This document shows positions 1 to 12,231 of a DNA stretch of 64,000 nt, one piece after another. The stretch comes from Raja brachyura (taxonomy: Eukaryota), in contig OY740802.1 of NCBI GenBank assembly GCA_963514005.1, positions 7,378,001 to 7,442,000 of the forward strand, read 5' to 3'. The notes below the pieces were generated by a model that was given only the letters and a program-made list of their open reading frames with translations, made no database searches and was not told the DNA's origin. The position numbers and the translations under genes were made by a program. Within the stretch, counting starts at the first letter, position 1; each line of letters begins with the position of its first letter.

Positions 1-41
1 AGCTCTTCAGCCCGCGCCGAACAGCGATCCCCGCACCCTAA

Positions 42-245
42 AGGGCCTGTCCCACTTACGCGACCTTTACGGGCGACTGCTGGCACCTGTCATAGGCCGC
101 AGAAATTTTCAACATGTTGGAAATTCAGCGGCGACCAGAAAGACGCTACGACTCTTTGGCGACCTCTTATGACCATACTGGCAACCCCTGGCACGTGTCG
201 CGGGTGACCACTCACGACCATAGGAGACTTCTCACAACTGTGGCC
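42..245. mobile_element. PIF/Harbinger-type MITE (left part, runs into assembly gap)
   Basis: TAA then AGGGCCTGTCCCACT terminal repeat; interior similar to the 57781 element. Confidence 0.7.
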
Positions 246-428
246 NNNNNNNNNNNNNNNNNNNNNNNNNNNNNNNNNNNNNNNNNNNNNNNNNNNNNNN
301 NNNNNNNNNNNNNNNNNNNNNNNNNNNNNNNNNNNNNNNNNNNNNNNNNNNNNNNNNNNNNNNNNNNNNNNNNNNNNNNNNNNNNNNNNNNNNNNNNNNN
401 NNNNNNNNNNNNNNNNNNNNNNNNNNNN
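246..428. other. Assembly gap (N run)
   Basis: Run of n. Confidence 1.
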
Positions 429-571
429 CCAAGCCAATTAACCTACTAACCTGTACGTTTTGGAGTGTGGGAGGAAACCAAAGATCTCCGGGGAAACCCC
501 AAGTAGTCACGGGGCGAACGTACAAACTCCGCACAGACAGCACACGCAAACTCCGTACAGACAGCACGACA

Positions 572-855
572 GACAGGGGGAAGTCTTGTAGGACCGAGAT
601 GAGAAAAACATTTTTCACACAGAGAGTGGTGAATCTGTGGAATTCTCTGCCATAGAAGGTAGTTGAGGCCAGTTCTTTGGCTATATTTAAGAGGGAGTTA
701 GATGTGGCCCTTGTGGCTAAAGGGATCAGGGGGTATGGAGAGAAGGCAGGTACAGGATACTGTGTTGGATGATCAGCCATGATCACATTGAATGGCGGTG
801 CAGGCTCGAAGGGCCGAATGGCCTACTCCTGCACCTAGTTTCTATGTGTCTATGT
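572..855 (+). mobile_element. CR1/HER1 LINE 3' end
   Basis: RTEMRKTFFTQRVVNLWNSLP plus conserved tail. Confidence 0.85.
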
Positions 856-1121
856 ACTCGGGATGCCACTGTGAGGCAACAACTCTGCAGCCGTGCCACC
901 TTATACTTGGTTATTGATTGAATAATTATTGATTATCTAATCAATAATTAAATACTATTATTATTGACACTATAATGAAACTTATAGTATCAGTGTCTGT
1001 AGCTTTGTCCAAACTGTGCAAGGTGCAGCACTGTATTACAGATAATATTTAAGGTGGAGTAACCGACCACAATTTTCCTTTCTTTGATAGACAATGTCAT
1101 TTTGCTGGATATCCAATAGTG

Positions 1122-1424
1122 TAGTTTAGTTTTGAGATACAGCGGGGAAACGGGCCTTTCGGCCCATCGAGTCCGCTCCAGCCAGCGATCGCCGCAACAC
1201 GCACTACCCTGCACACGCGAGGGACAATTTACTATTATACCAAGCCAATTAAACTGCAAACGTGTACGTCTCCGGAATGAGGGAGGAAACTGGAGAAAAC
1301 CCACGCAGGTCACTAGGAGAACGCACAAACTCCATACAGACAAGCACCGCAGTCAGGATCGAACCCAGTTCTCTGCCGCTGTTGGGCAGCAACTCTGCTG
1401 CTGCTGCTCCACCGTGCCGCCCTT
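1122..1424 (-). mobile_element. HE1/V-SINE-type tRNA-derived SINE
   Basis: Minus strand: tRNA-like head ggcacggtgg...ggttcgatcc, V-domain gagtttgtgcgttctcc...tttcctcc, CR1-like tail and (aaact)n. Confidence 0.85.
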
Positions 1425-1892
1425 GGTTGCCTCGGACTCGAACAGCGTGAAAACAGGCCTTTCGGCCCACCTTGTCCATACTGACCAAGGTCCCCCCCCC
1501 CTTTAAGTTATCCTCAATTGCCCATGTTTGGACCATATCCATATCCTGGTTTAATGGTTTCCTCTAACAGTGCTTCTCAAGAACGCTTACAGTCCTCACA
1601 CTCAGTACTGTCCAAAGCATTAATCTTATAATTGGCCTTATATATCAAATTAAATTTCCATTCCAAGGATTATAGGCCTTTTCCAATGGTTTGATGATCA
1701 CATTTGAGTCATTCAATCCATTTTGCTTTGAACATCTCATATTACTAATTGAGCTAAGGGTTGAGCTATAAGCTTTGCATATTGACTGGGATTTAGTTAC
1801 GTTGATTCCCAGCTCCCCTTAGTAGAGCGTACTCAAACCTTCCGCAATAGTGCTCCATATGGCATGGCCTCAGTCCTCCGTTTCTAACTTTT

Positions 1893-2190
1893 AGTTTAGC
1901 TTGACGATACAGCGTGGGAACGGGGCCTTCTGGCCCATGGAGTTCACACCAACCAGCTATCCCCGTACACGAGTTCTAACCTACACACGCTCGGGACAAT
2001 TACCTGCAGCCGATTAACTGACAAACCTGCATGTCTTTGGCGTGTGTGGGGGTGAAATCAAAAGCACCCGGAGAAAACCCACGCAGGTCACGGGGAGAAC
2101 GTCCAAACTCTGCACAGACAGCGCCCGCAGTTAGGATGGAACCCGGGTCTCTGGCGCTGTGAGGCAGCAACTCTACCCTTTCGTCCCACT
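1893..2190 (-). mobile_element. HE1/V-SINE-type SINE
   Basis: Same head, V-domain and tail architecture. Confidence 0.85.
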
Positions 2191-2691
2191 GAGAAACGCA
2201 GTCAGGAGTTCCATCGAGAGTTTCCCAATGTTCCATTTTTTTCCTGGCAAACAATGAGATATTGGGAGCATCGTGTCACAGTGAGGAGATGCATTGCTGA
2301 TAGATCGTTGTCCTTAATTGAAGCAAGGTTTTTCGGCTGAATGTTAAACGAGGGAGTGCCATCAGGTCAAGAAACAAAAAATGCATTTTAGTCTTTTGGT
2401 TGAAGTGAGGGAACGAGCTTGCAAACAACGTGAGCTACAGCGATCTTTGGGCACATTTATTAAGGCAGCAACTCTACCGCTGCACCACAGTGCTGGGTCA
2501 TTTCCTCCACGGCTGCTGACAGCATAATTCACTCCCATAGTTCCACCACCTGAAAGTTTCTTTGGTTGGCACGTGAAGTTCTCAAAATGGAAGCTTCAGA
2601 CACGGTGCAACTTGGCACTTCTGTCTGAATTTTGCAAACGGTTGAAATCGTGAGAGTTGCTTGAAATGCGTTCTGTTGTGGCCGTCCGCAG

Positions 2692-2902
2692 TTTGCCCAG
2701 GAATTGAAAAGCAAGGCATGGCCATCCTTCAAGCAAGCTTCCACCAAGTTACACCTGTTGACTGGCACTGATTTCTGTCCGGCTAACTGCCACGTTAATG
2801 TCATGGAGGTCTCCTGCCCGAAAAGTACAACCTCTCTTGGAAGATCTTTCAGCATACGGTTTGGCCGAAAAAATTCTTTCCTTGGCTTGGAGCAAGATCA
2901 AG
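2692..2902 (+). CDS. PREX1: PREX1 coding exon (first in window): [15 protein letters not shown]...[45 protein letters not shown]
   Basis: ccgcag acceptor, g|gtacgt donor; translation matches the remembered P-Rex1 segment DFCPTNCHINLMEVSYPK...[11 protein letters not shown]. Upstream exons are outside the window. Confidence 0.93.
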
Positions 2903-3031
2903 GTACGTGAATGGCGTCGGACCAAGGTGTACCGTTAATTTACACTCAATTCTTGCTTAATTTAAAACATTATTGGTAAATTCCACACTGCTGGTTGAAA
3001 GAGGTTTATATGTCTGGAATGGGGAGCATCA

Positions 3032-3271
3032 AGGGCCTGTCACACCTGACGATTTTTTTCGGCGATTGCTGGCGTCATTGACTGATGTATCTGGTCACCG
3101 AAAAATCTGCGGCGTGACGCGGCGCGATGACGTATATTGACGCACGGTGTTCTTTCAAGTGTCGCAACATTTTTTTTGTCGCCGCTGGATTTTGAAATGT
3201 TCAAAATCTTTTGGCGACACTGATATGACACCGGTAGTCGCCGAAAAAAATTGCCAAGTGGGACAAGCCCT
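3032..3271. mobile_element. PIF/Harbinger-type MITE
   Basis: AGGGCCTGTCACAC / GTGGGACAAGCCCT TIRs, flanks TCA/TTA; reverse-complement relative of 62191-62423. Confidence 0.8.
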
Positions 3272-4294
3272 TTACTGACTGGAAGAGGTTGGACAGACTG
3301 GAATATCGGAGGTTGAGGGTTAAGGCTGTATAAAACTGAACGGCACAGATGGGGTAGACAGTCAAAACCAGTTACCCAGGGATATAAATATCAAATACAG
3401 GAGGTGATAGTTTTAAGGTGAGAGGGAAAAAGTTCAAAGGAGATTTGCCGACCAAGTTCTTTTACACAGAGGGAGGTGAATGCTGACGATCAGCCATGAT
3501 CACAATGAATGGCGGTGCTGGCTCGAAGGGCCTCCTCCTACACCTATTTTCTATGTTGCTATGAATGCCTCAAACACGCTAATGGGGCTAGTGGTGGAGG
3601 CAGACACGATAGTGGCATTTAAGAGATTTTCGGAGCAGATTGTGGATATGCAGGGAGTGGAGAGATGTGGATGATGGGCCGTTATGGAAGACATTATCTG
3701 TACATGTGTGAATGTGGGCCTTGCCGTCTGCCTTACCACGTGATAATGACGCACTGGAAACTCATTTTTACGTCCGTTTTGAGAATATTCCACTAAAACC
3801 CTTGACGTGTTCAACTTCCGATGGCAAGTTGTGAGGCAGCGGCTCGTTCGGTATCTGCTCCTTCCACTGCACAAGCCGACCGGCCTATTTTCCGTGGTTT
3901 CCAGAAGCTTCGTTTGAGTTAGCAAAAGGAAGTTCGTAAGTCAGAGGAGCAGAAGGAAGCCATTCGGCCCATCGAGTCTTCATGTTGTACATCAGTGATT
4001 TGAGTGAGGCAATTAAAAGGCCTTGTGGCCAAGTTTGCAGCTGATGTGAAGATAGGTGGAGGGGCAGGTAGTGTAGATGAAGCAGGGACTCTGCAGAACG
4101 ACTTGGACAGGTTGGGAGAGGGCGCGAAGGGGGATGGGTGGGGGTGGTGTCACATTTTCTGGGGGGTGGGATTTTGTGTGGGGGGGCGGGGGGGGGGGGA
4201 GGGGGTGCCTGCCACCGGTGGTGGATCTTAACCTTTATTTGTTGACCAAGTAATACATTGGTGTACACGGCTGAAGTGTCGGATCTGTTTACAG

Positions 4295-4571
4295 GGATTC
4301 TAAACCCCATGAGCTATACGCGGCACGTCACTACCTCGATGGCAGCTCCCCAGTGGAACTGTTTCATTGGGGAAGATGGCGAAGGTCGTCAGGGACTGGA
4401 CGAAGAGGAACCGTCGAAGCCACAAAATGGAGTGCTGATTCAAAAAAGTGGAGGCCTGAGCAACCTATTGAAGCCTGAAGACATGGAGATTCAGGACTCC
4501 TTCTTCCAGCTTTTTAACAAGTTGGAGATCTCTCTCAAAGAAATGAAGCAATACGTGGAGCAGATAAACAA
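4295..4571 (+). CDS. PREX1: PREX1 exon: (G)ILNPMSYTRHVTTSMAAPQW...EIQDSFFQLFNKLEISLKEMKQYVEQIN
   Basis: tttacag acceptor, aa|gtgagt donor; phase fits the previous exon; matches P-Rex1 LNPMSY...LKEMKQYV. Confidence 0.95.
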
Positions 4572-4650
4572 GTGAGTGTTTCATGGCTTGGAACTGTGGG
4601 CAGCACGGTGGTGCGGGGCGGTTACAGTGATAGAGACCCGGGTTTGACTT

Positions 4651-5563
4651 TCAGAAGGCTTTCGACAAGGTCCCACATAAGAGATTAGTATACAAACTTA
4701 AAGCACATGGTATTGGGGGTTCAGTATTGATGTGGATAGAGAACTGGCTGGCAGACAGGAAGCAAAGAGTAGGAGTAAATGGGTCGTTTTCAGAATGGCA
4801 GGCAGTGACTAGTGGGGTACCGCAAGGCTCAGTGCTGGGACCCCAGCTATTTCCATAGACATTAATGATTTGGACGAGGGAATTGAATGCAACATCTCCA
4901 TGTTTGCGGATGACACGAAGCTGGGGGGCAGTGTTAGCTGTGAGGAGGATGCTAGGAGGCTGCAAGGTGACTTGGATAGGCTGGGTGAGTGGGCAAATGC
5001 ATGGCAGATGCAGTATAATGTGGATAAATGTGAGGTTATCCACTTTGGTGGCAAAAACAGGAAAGCAGATCATTATCTGAATGGTGGCTGATTAGGAAAA
5101 GGGGAGATGCTTGGGTGTCATGGTACACCAGTCATTGAAAGTAGGCATGCAGGTGCAGCAGGCAGTGAAGAAAGCGAATGGTATGTTAGCATTCATAGCA
5201 AAAGGATTTGAGTCCAAGAGCAGGGAGGTTCTACTGCAGTTGTACAGGGTCTTGGTCCAGAACAAGGGGTCACAGTTTAAGGATAAGGGGGAAATCTTTT
5301 AGGACCGAGATGAGAAAAACATTTTTCACACAGACAGTGGTGAATCTCTGGAATTCTCTGCCACAGAAGGCAGTTGAGGCCAGTTCATTGGCTATATTTA
5401 AGAGGGAGTTAGATGTGGCCCTTGTGGCTAAAGGGATCAGGGGGTATGGATAGAAGGCAGGTACAGGATACTGAGTTGGATGATCAGTCATGATCATATT
5501 GAATGGTGGTGCAGGCTCGAAGGGCCGAATGGCCTACTCCTGCACCTATTTTCTATGTTTCTA
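4651..5563 (+). mobile_element. CR1/HER1-type LINE 3' fragment with internal deletions
   Basis: FQKAFDKVPH...SGVPQGSVLGP...FADDTKLGG...RTRGHSLRIRG; tail gggccgaatggcctactcctgcacct. Confidence 0.92.
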
Positions 5564-6059
5564 AATGGTTTAATAGGAATCTGAGGGATATATTTTTAAC
5601 ACTAAGGGTGGTGGGTGTATGGAATAGCTGCCGGAGGAGGTAGTTGAGGCAGGGACTATCCCAATGTTTAAGAAACAGTTAGATGGGTACTTGGATAGGA
5701 CAGGTTTGGAGGAATATGGGCCTAACACAGGCAGGTGGGACTAGTGTAGCTGGGACATGTTGGCCGGTGTGGGTAATTCAGGTCGAATAGCCCGTTTCCA
5801 CGCTGTATCACTCTATGACTCTACGATCAGCCATGATCACAAAGAATGGCGGTGCTGGCTTGAAGGGCCGAATGGCCTCCTCCTGCACCTATTTTCTATG
5901 TTTCTACGTTTGACTTTGGAGCTACATTGTGGAAACAAGCCCTTCGGACCACTGAGTCCGTGCCGATCAGCGATCCCCGTACACTAGCACTATCCTACAC
6001 ACTAGGGAAAATTTACAATTTTTACTCCAGAATTTTGTGTCTATCTGCTTTTTTTCTTA

Positions 6060-6350
6060 GCTTAGTTTTGAGATACAGCACGGAAACAGGCCCTTCGACC
6101 CACCAAGTCTGCGCCGACCAGCGATCCCCGCACACTGATGCTGTCCTACGCGCTAGGGGCAATTTTCAATGATACCAAGCCAATTAACCTACAAACCCGC
6201 ACGTCTTTACAGTGCTGAAGGCATGCGGAGAAAACCCACGCAGGTCGCAGGGAGAACTTACAAACTCTGCACAGATTGCACTAGCATTCGGGATCAAACC
6301 CAGGTCTCTGGCGTTGTGAGGTAGCAACTCTAGCGCCGCGCCACTCTACC
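6060..6350 (-). mobile_element. HE1/V-SINE-type SINE
   Basis: Same architecture. Confidence 0.8.
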
Positions 6351-6795
6351 GTCTCTGATTATTACCTTTGCGGGGACTTGTGCGCAGTTGGTGCAAGCAG
6401 CCACACACAAGGTGACTCCAAACTGACCCTTGTGGAAGCCGGAAGACATGAACCCAGTGAGATTCTAAACCCTTTGCTTACTCATCTGTTTTGTTTAAAA
6501 GGCTGCGAAGTACCGTTTCCATGGCAGCCTTCCATGACCTGGAATTAGTAACCTTTGGGCAGTTTCTGCATTGCGGTCTAACTATAAATTGAATCCGTCT
6601 GTTGGATTCAATTGCCGTTTTCACCTCTAAATTGAGTTATGCGTCGCTCAAATACAAGAAGCGGTACCTACCCTGACCTGAAGTGCACGCTGATCGCTTC
6701 CAGGTGGCTGTCTGAAACAAGAAAGCAAATTATTTCCAGGCACCAGATATTTGTTGCCGATCCGAGATTAACGCTTGTTTCTATTGTGTCTGCAG

Positions 6796-6996
6796 CTTGC
6801 TGTCCACGATAACCGGGCCTGCCCCGTCCGAGGGGTCCGAGCAGAATGCGTCCGAGCTTTCGCTGCCCCCGTCAATGGAAGACAATGACATTGACAAAGC
6901 CGAGCACTGTGGGACCAAGAGGGTCTGCTTCGTGGTGAAGGAGGAGGAGCAGAATGACTCTGGCCACGACACGACGAGCTTCAGGGATTCCTACAG
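6796..6996 (+). CDS. PREX1: PREX1 exon: LLSTITGP...KRVCFVVKEEEQNDSGHDTTSFRDSY
   Basis: tgcag acceptor, ag|gtacgg donor; P-Rex motif VCF...DSGHDT. Confidence 0.95.
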
Positions 6997-7024
6997 GTAC
7001 GGCAAGTTTTTCAACTTGCTCCAA

Positions 7025-7350
7025 GTTGTTGTTGTTGTTCTTCGTCCTTCGAAGGAGTCGAAGAAGACCATAACTTTTGTGTTTGTGGGTCTGGAGGTGA
7101 CTGGTGAGACCGATCTGGGCCCGGGAGGTTCGCCCGCATATGGGACACAGTTGGGTGGGCGCCACGGTAGAAGTTGAAGCGGCTCGAGCCTCAAGCACAG
7201 CGCGTTTCCTCTCAGCTGCACGCACGCGCTCCTGCGGTGAACTTGTTTCACCCAGTTTGGCGGTCCAGTGTAAAGCGACTCCCAAGGATTGAGATCGATA
7301 TTAAGGTCTTCGAGGGACACTGTGAGGCAGTCTTTGAAGAACTTCTTCCG
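7025..7350 (-). mobile_element. RTE-clade LINE 3' end
   Basis: FKDCLTVSLEDLNID...CPICGRTSRAQIGLTSHLQTH with (AAC)n tail; a further piece LQKARVRWAGHVIR at about 7793-7850. Confidence 0.8.
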
Positions 7351-7452
7351 CCCCCCTCCTCCACCCCCCCCCCCCCCCCCCCAACTGAGCACTTTCCCTG
7401 ACACAATTCACCTTACAACAGCTGTTTTGGCGGCCGGCGGTCTGGCATTGTT

Positions 7453-7790
7453 GGCAGGAAAAATGTTCCCAATGTTGGGCGAGTCCAGGACCAGGGGCCA
7501 CAGTCTTAGAATAAAGGGGGGGCCATTTAAGACTGAGGTGAGAAAAAACATTTTCACCCAGAGAGTTGTGAATTTGTGGAATTCCCTGCCACAGAGGGCA
7601 GTGGAGGCCAAATCACTGGATGGATTTAAGAGAGAGTTAGATAGAGCTCTGGGGGCTGGTGGAGTCAAGGGATATGGGTAAAGGCAGGCATGGGTTATTG
7701 AAAGGGGACGATCAGCCATGATCACAATGAATGGCGGTGCTGGCTCGAAGGGCTGAATGGCCTCCTCCTGCACCTATTTTCTATATTTCT
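7453..7790 (+). mobile_element. CR1/HER1 LINE 3' end
   Basis: AGKMFPMLGESRTRGHSLRIKG...tail. Confidence 0.88.
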
Positions 7791-9519
7791 ATTCGGATGA
7801 CATGGCCAGCCCATCTGACTCTGGCTTTCTGAAGGAGGGCGTAGACGCAGGTGATGCCGGCCCGTGTCCGGGATTTTGTCCTGCCACCTAATGTGGACGG
7901 TTACTTCAAGTGACCCTTCAAGTAACACGTAGGAAAGAACTGCAGATGCTGGTTTAAGTCTGAAGATCAATACGCCCATCACCCTTCGTTCCATACACTC
8001 ACCACCCTTTCCTATTAAATCTTTTCACCTTAAACCTATGCCCTCTGGATCTTGATTTCCCCTACTCTTGGCCGACTCTGATCTATTCCTCTCATGGCTT
8101 GTACACCTCTACAAGGTCACCCTTCATCCTCCTGCGCACCAAAGAATAAAGTCCTAAGCTGCCCAGCCTCTCCTTGTAGCTCAGGCCCTCAAGTCCTGGA
8201 AACATCCTTGTAAATCTGCTCTGCACCCTTTTCCAGATTGACAAAATCTTTCCTATACCATGGAGACCAAAACCATGCACTGTGGCGTCCCAGAGGAAAA
8301 AGTCCAATGTCCATAATGACATGGATTGGAAAATCCATAAGTACCCTCGCTTATGGAAAGACCGTTCAGAAGAGGCGGAAGGAATCTGTGCCTGAGTCTG
8401 TTGATGCGCGCTTTCCAGCTTCTGTACCATCTCCCCTGGGAGTGGGGAGAAGGGGGGAATAGACCGGTGGTGGAACGTGTCCTGGATAATGTCGGCTGCT
8501 TTGCCGAGATGGAGTCAGTGGTGGCGAGCCTGCTCTGTGTGACGGACTGGGCTGCATCCAGGACTCTCTGCAGTTTCTGGCGGTAAGATGCTCCGGATTT
8601 GGCGAGCGGGAGATGGCTGGGTCCCCCCCCCCCCCCCCCCCCCCCCTTCCAGGCACCTTGTGGAGTTAATTAGGAAGCAGACCCCTCCACTCCTAACTGC
8701 TGGCAATCGGTGTAAGTAGCTGTGGGCTGCTTTCAATTACTGCATGAATACATACACCTTTTCCTGAAGTGTCCAAACCTCTGTGGCGGAAATAATTTTT
8801 TGTTTGTATAAGTTAATGTGCACACTGAATATAAATTAACGATCCCATCTGCCAGTTTTTAACCAAAATTTGTAAAATGAGTACAGGGATTTTATTAGCT
8901 GGGCTTTTTTTTTGTGGTGTACAAGAACAAAAATGAAGCAAATAAAAGTTGTAAGTTAGTTTCCTTCTTTTTCAAAATGCAGACACTAGAAGTTGTACAA
9001 ATTCAATCGCCTCATTGTGCGCTGATTTGAAACAGATTTGGTCTTGCAGCCCGTCCGTTCATGGTTGGTGAAATACCAGCTGTTTAAAGGATTTTTTTTT
9101 TTTTTCCCCCATCCGTCTCTGACCGATTTTCTCACGAGTTCAGTTCCAAACATTGAGAGGTTTCTCGCTCCTTTCTGTTCCATCTTGCAGGTGGAGAGGT
9201 GGGGAAAGACAATGTTTGCTCAGGTGTCACATCTAGAAATAGTTTTTGTTTTTCGTCCTTTTTTTTTTTGGCACATCTCCACCATTTTCTAAAAAAGATT
9301 CTTTGCGTACAAAACCATTCTCAAATAATTTTTCACTCCCATAACACGGATCATTAAACATTCCTAACATTTTTTCCTTGCACTACGAGTGTGTGTGTGT
9401 GTGTGTGAACGTTAAAAATCCATTTATTCTTTCAGAGGTCGAAAATGTTGGTGATTTTCTTTTGTGTTTTCAGAGCTGTTAAATAAAGGGCTTTTTTCTT
9501 GTTCAAGAGACTTGCTCCT

Positions 9520-9835
9520 TTAGTTTAGCTTAGAGATGCAGCGCGGAAACGGGCAGTTAGGCCCACCGTGTCCACACGGACCAACGATCCCCGCACACTT
9601 GTACTATCCTGCACACACTAGGGACAATTTTCAATTTTACCCAAGTCAATTAGACGACAAGCCTGTACGTCTTTGGAGGGTTGGAGGACACCGAAGATCT
9701 CGGAGAAAATCCACGTGGTCACGGGGAGAATGTACAAACACCACACAGACAGCTGCCGTAGTCGGGCTCGAACCCGGGTCTCCGGCGCTGCAACTTGCTG
9801 TAAGGCAGCAACTCTACCGCTGTGCCATCGTGACA
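9520..9835 (-). mobile_element. HE1/V-SINE-type SINE
   Basis: Same architecture; the adjacent copy 9868-11058 is split by the 7-bp-TSD transposon. Confidence 0.85.
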
Positions 9836-9971
9836 ACCCTCGCTTTGTTTGAGCGATTTGCTCCTTTAGTTTAGTTTAGAGGTACAGCGCAGAAAACAGG
9901 CCCTGAGGCCCACCGAGTCGGCGCCGAACAGCGATCTCCGCGCACTTTAACACTATCCGACATGCATGAAG

Positions 9972-10853
9972 TAGGTATGTTGCAAAACGTACCTTTAGCG
10001 GCACTGCAGTTCTGCCGCTCCCCGTGTGCGTGACTTTGGCGCCTTTCAGAGGGGGGCGGGCTTAAAGTGCCGATTTTCAACAGACTGGGATAATCGATGA
10101 ATGTCGGCCGATTTCGTTGCGGAAGAAAAATCGCTCCGACATTTCATCAATGAAGGTATTTTTAAATAACTCTAAATTATTTATTAACTAGAGTAATTTA
10201 AAAATCACCTTCAAAAGCCGTGAGCACCGACAACCGGAAGGATTTTGCGTAGGGGAGAAAAAAAGGTAAATAGTTTATTTTTATATTAAAAGTTAGTTTT
10301 TCGGGAGGCTTTAATAATATTTTTATGTTGCGAAATGGGTCCCAAAAAATGTATGAACCAACAGTATTTTTCCTCCCGACTTCACCGCTAACCGCAACGT
10401 TCCAATCCACCGCATTCCACTAAAACCCACTCGCTAGTTGATTTAAATGGCCATTAATTTACAGGCATTAAACACTAAATTCCTTCCATTTGGCCCTAAT
10501 TATAATGCTTTAACTAATTATATGCTTTAATTTCAGTTAATCCAAGTAAGATTGTTTAATATTTGTTTCAGAATGCTTCAATCTATAATAACTGAAAATT
10601 TCATTGAGTTCTCTTAATTTTTAAGAAAGTTATGGGCTTTTAACTTTTCCAGATCACAGCTTTTGAGTTAAGTCAATTGAAAGGCAATGGGGAGCAAGAT
10701 GCTAATTTCCGAGTATGAAAATGGCCATAACTTTCTTAATACTGAAGATATGAAAGTAAATTAGGTGTCAAATTAAACTTCTTTGTATGCTTTATCTGAT
10801 GGGATAAGTTGCAGACTTGATTTTTTAAATCTCAAAATTTTGGAACATTGCTA
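9972..10853. mobile_element. Non-autonomous DNA transposon, TAG...CTA termini, 7-bp TSD (hAT-like), nested in a SINE
   Basis: Imperfect TIRs TAGGTATGTTGCAAAA / TTTTGGAACATTGCTA; TSD catgaag (9965-9971 / 10854-10860); homologous to 41646-42680 in opposite orientation. Confidence 0.85.
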
Positions 10854-12010
10854 CATGAAGGACAATTTACAATTTTACCAAAAGCCAACAAGCCTGTATG
10901 TCTTTGGAGTGTTGGAGGAAGCTGGAGCACCCGGAGAGAACCCGTGCAGGTCACGGGGAGAACGTGCAAACTCCATGCAGATAGCACCCGCAGTCAAGAT
11001 CGACCCTGGGTCTCTGGCACTGTAAGGCAGCAACTCTACCGCTGTGTCTCCGTGCTTCCCCTGTTGTGAATCTAATTGTCGCTTCAACAATATTCAACGC
11101 GGCATACCTTTCTCACAGACCGCTTGCCGCACTCTGTTCCAAATTGTGAAGAGAGATTCTGGTCACGTTATTGTACATAAAATCTGGCCGATTGGTCCAC
11201 AGAGTTTGGTGTTTTCCATGAGGTTTTTGGCTACCTTTTTATAATGTGGACTGCTGATCTCCGTGTCCTTCTGCATCCGACAACGAACGAAAACGCACAA
11301 ACTATCATGCGTTTGTGTAGTCATGCCTACTATGTTCTGTTGTGCTGAAGCAAAGCAAGAATTTCATTGTCCTATCTGGGACACACGACAATAAACTCTC
11401 TTGAACTCTCTTGATTCCCAGATCCTTGTAGCGACTGAGGAACCGAAACGTCACGCATCCTTTTTCTCCAGAGATGCTGCCTGACCCGCTGAGTTAGTCC
11501 AGCACTTTGTTTTTTTTTGGTGATTCTAAAATCGTCTGTGCATATATTCATTTTGTGAATCGCCTCAGTCTCCATCCCTGATTTGTTTATAATTTCAAAT
11601 TGGACGGAGTATTCTATTTTCCCAGGCTCAGATATAGACAATAACGTGCTTTTGAGCGTTTTGTAGCTACAGGTAATTTTTTTGAAGGGTTCTTTGTGAG
11701 CCTCAGAGCGACATAGAGCCAATGATTTAGTCATTGGTAAACTCCAGGGACTTTAAGAAATATAGCATATTAATATATTTTATCCTGCCCTTGTGCAACA
11801 TTCCAGTGCTTCTGCTGCAGAGTGCGGTGTGTATTTTGGATAAGGAAGTGTGGAGGTCTTTAAGATATTGCCCTCTGGAGGCAAATGGGGGGGGGGAAAG
11901 GTGTAAATAATTTAATCTCTTATTTCTACTATTTAAACCAAAGGTATCATATGTCAATTTGATGCTAGTTATATTAATGTGAATTGCTTAATATACTGTC
12001 ATATAAATCA

Positions 12011-12231
12011 TTAGGTAGACACAAAATGGGGGGAGTAACTCCGTGGGACAGGCAGCATCTCTGGAGGGACGGAATGGGTGATGTTTCATGTTGAGACCCT
12101 TCTTCAGACGTCTCGACCCGAAACGTCACCCATTCCTTCTCTCCCGAGATGCTGCCTGTCCCGCTGAGTTACTCCAGCATTTTGTGTCTACCTTCCATTG
12201 AAACCAGCACCTGCAATTCTTTCCTACACAT
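12011..12231. mobile_element. Penelope-derived palindromic mini-element (degenerate hammerheads)
   Basis: Inverted arms gtagacacaaaatg.../...cattttgtgtctac; 10-bp TSD atataaatca (12001-12010 / 12232-12241). Confidence 0.75.

Noticed and set aside
2200-2690. An additional upstream PREX1 exon
   Set aside because: No frame resembling the expected preceding P-Rex1 sequence with valid splice sites was found.
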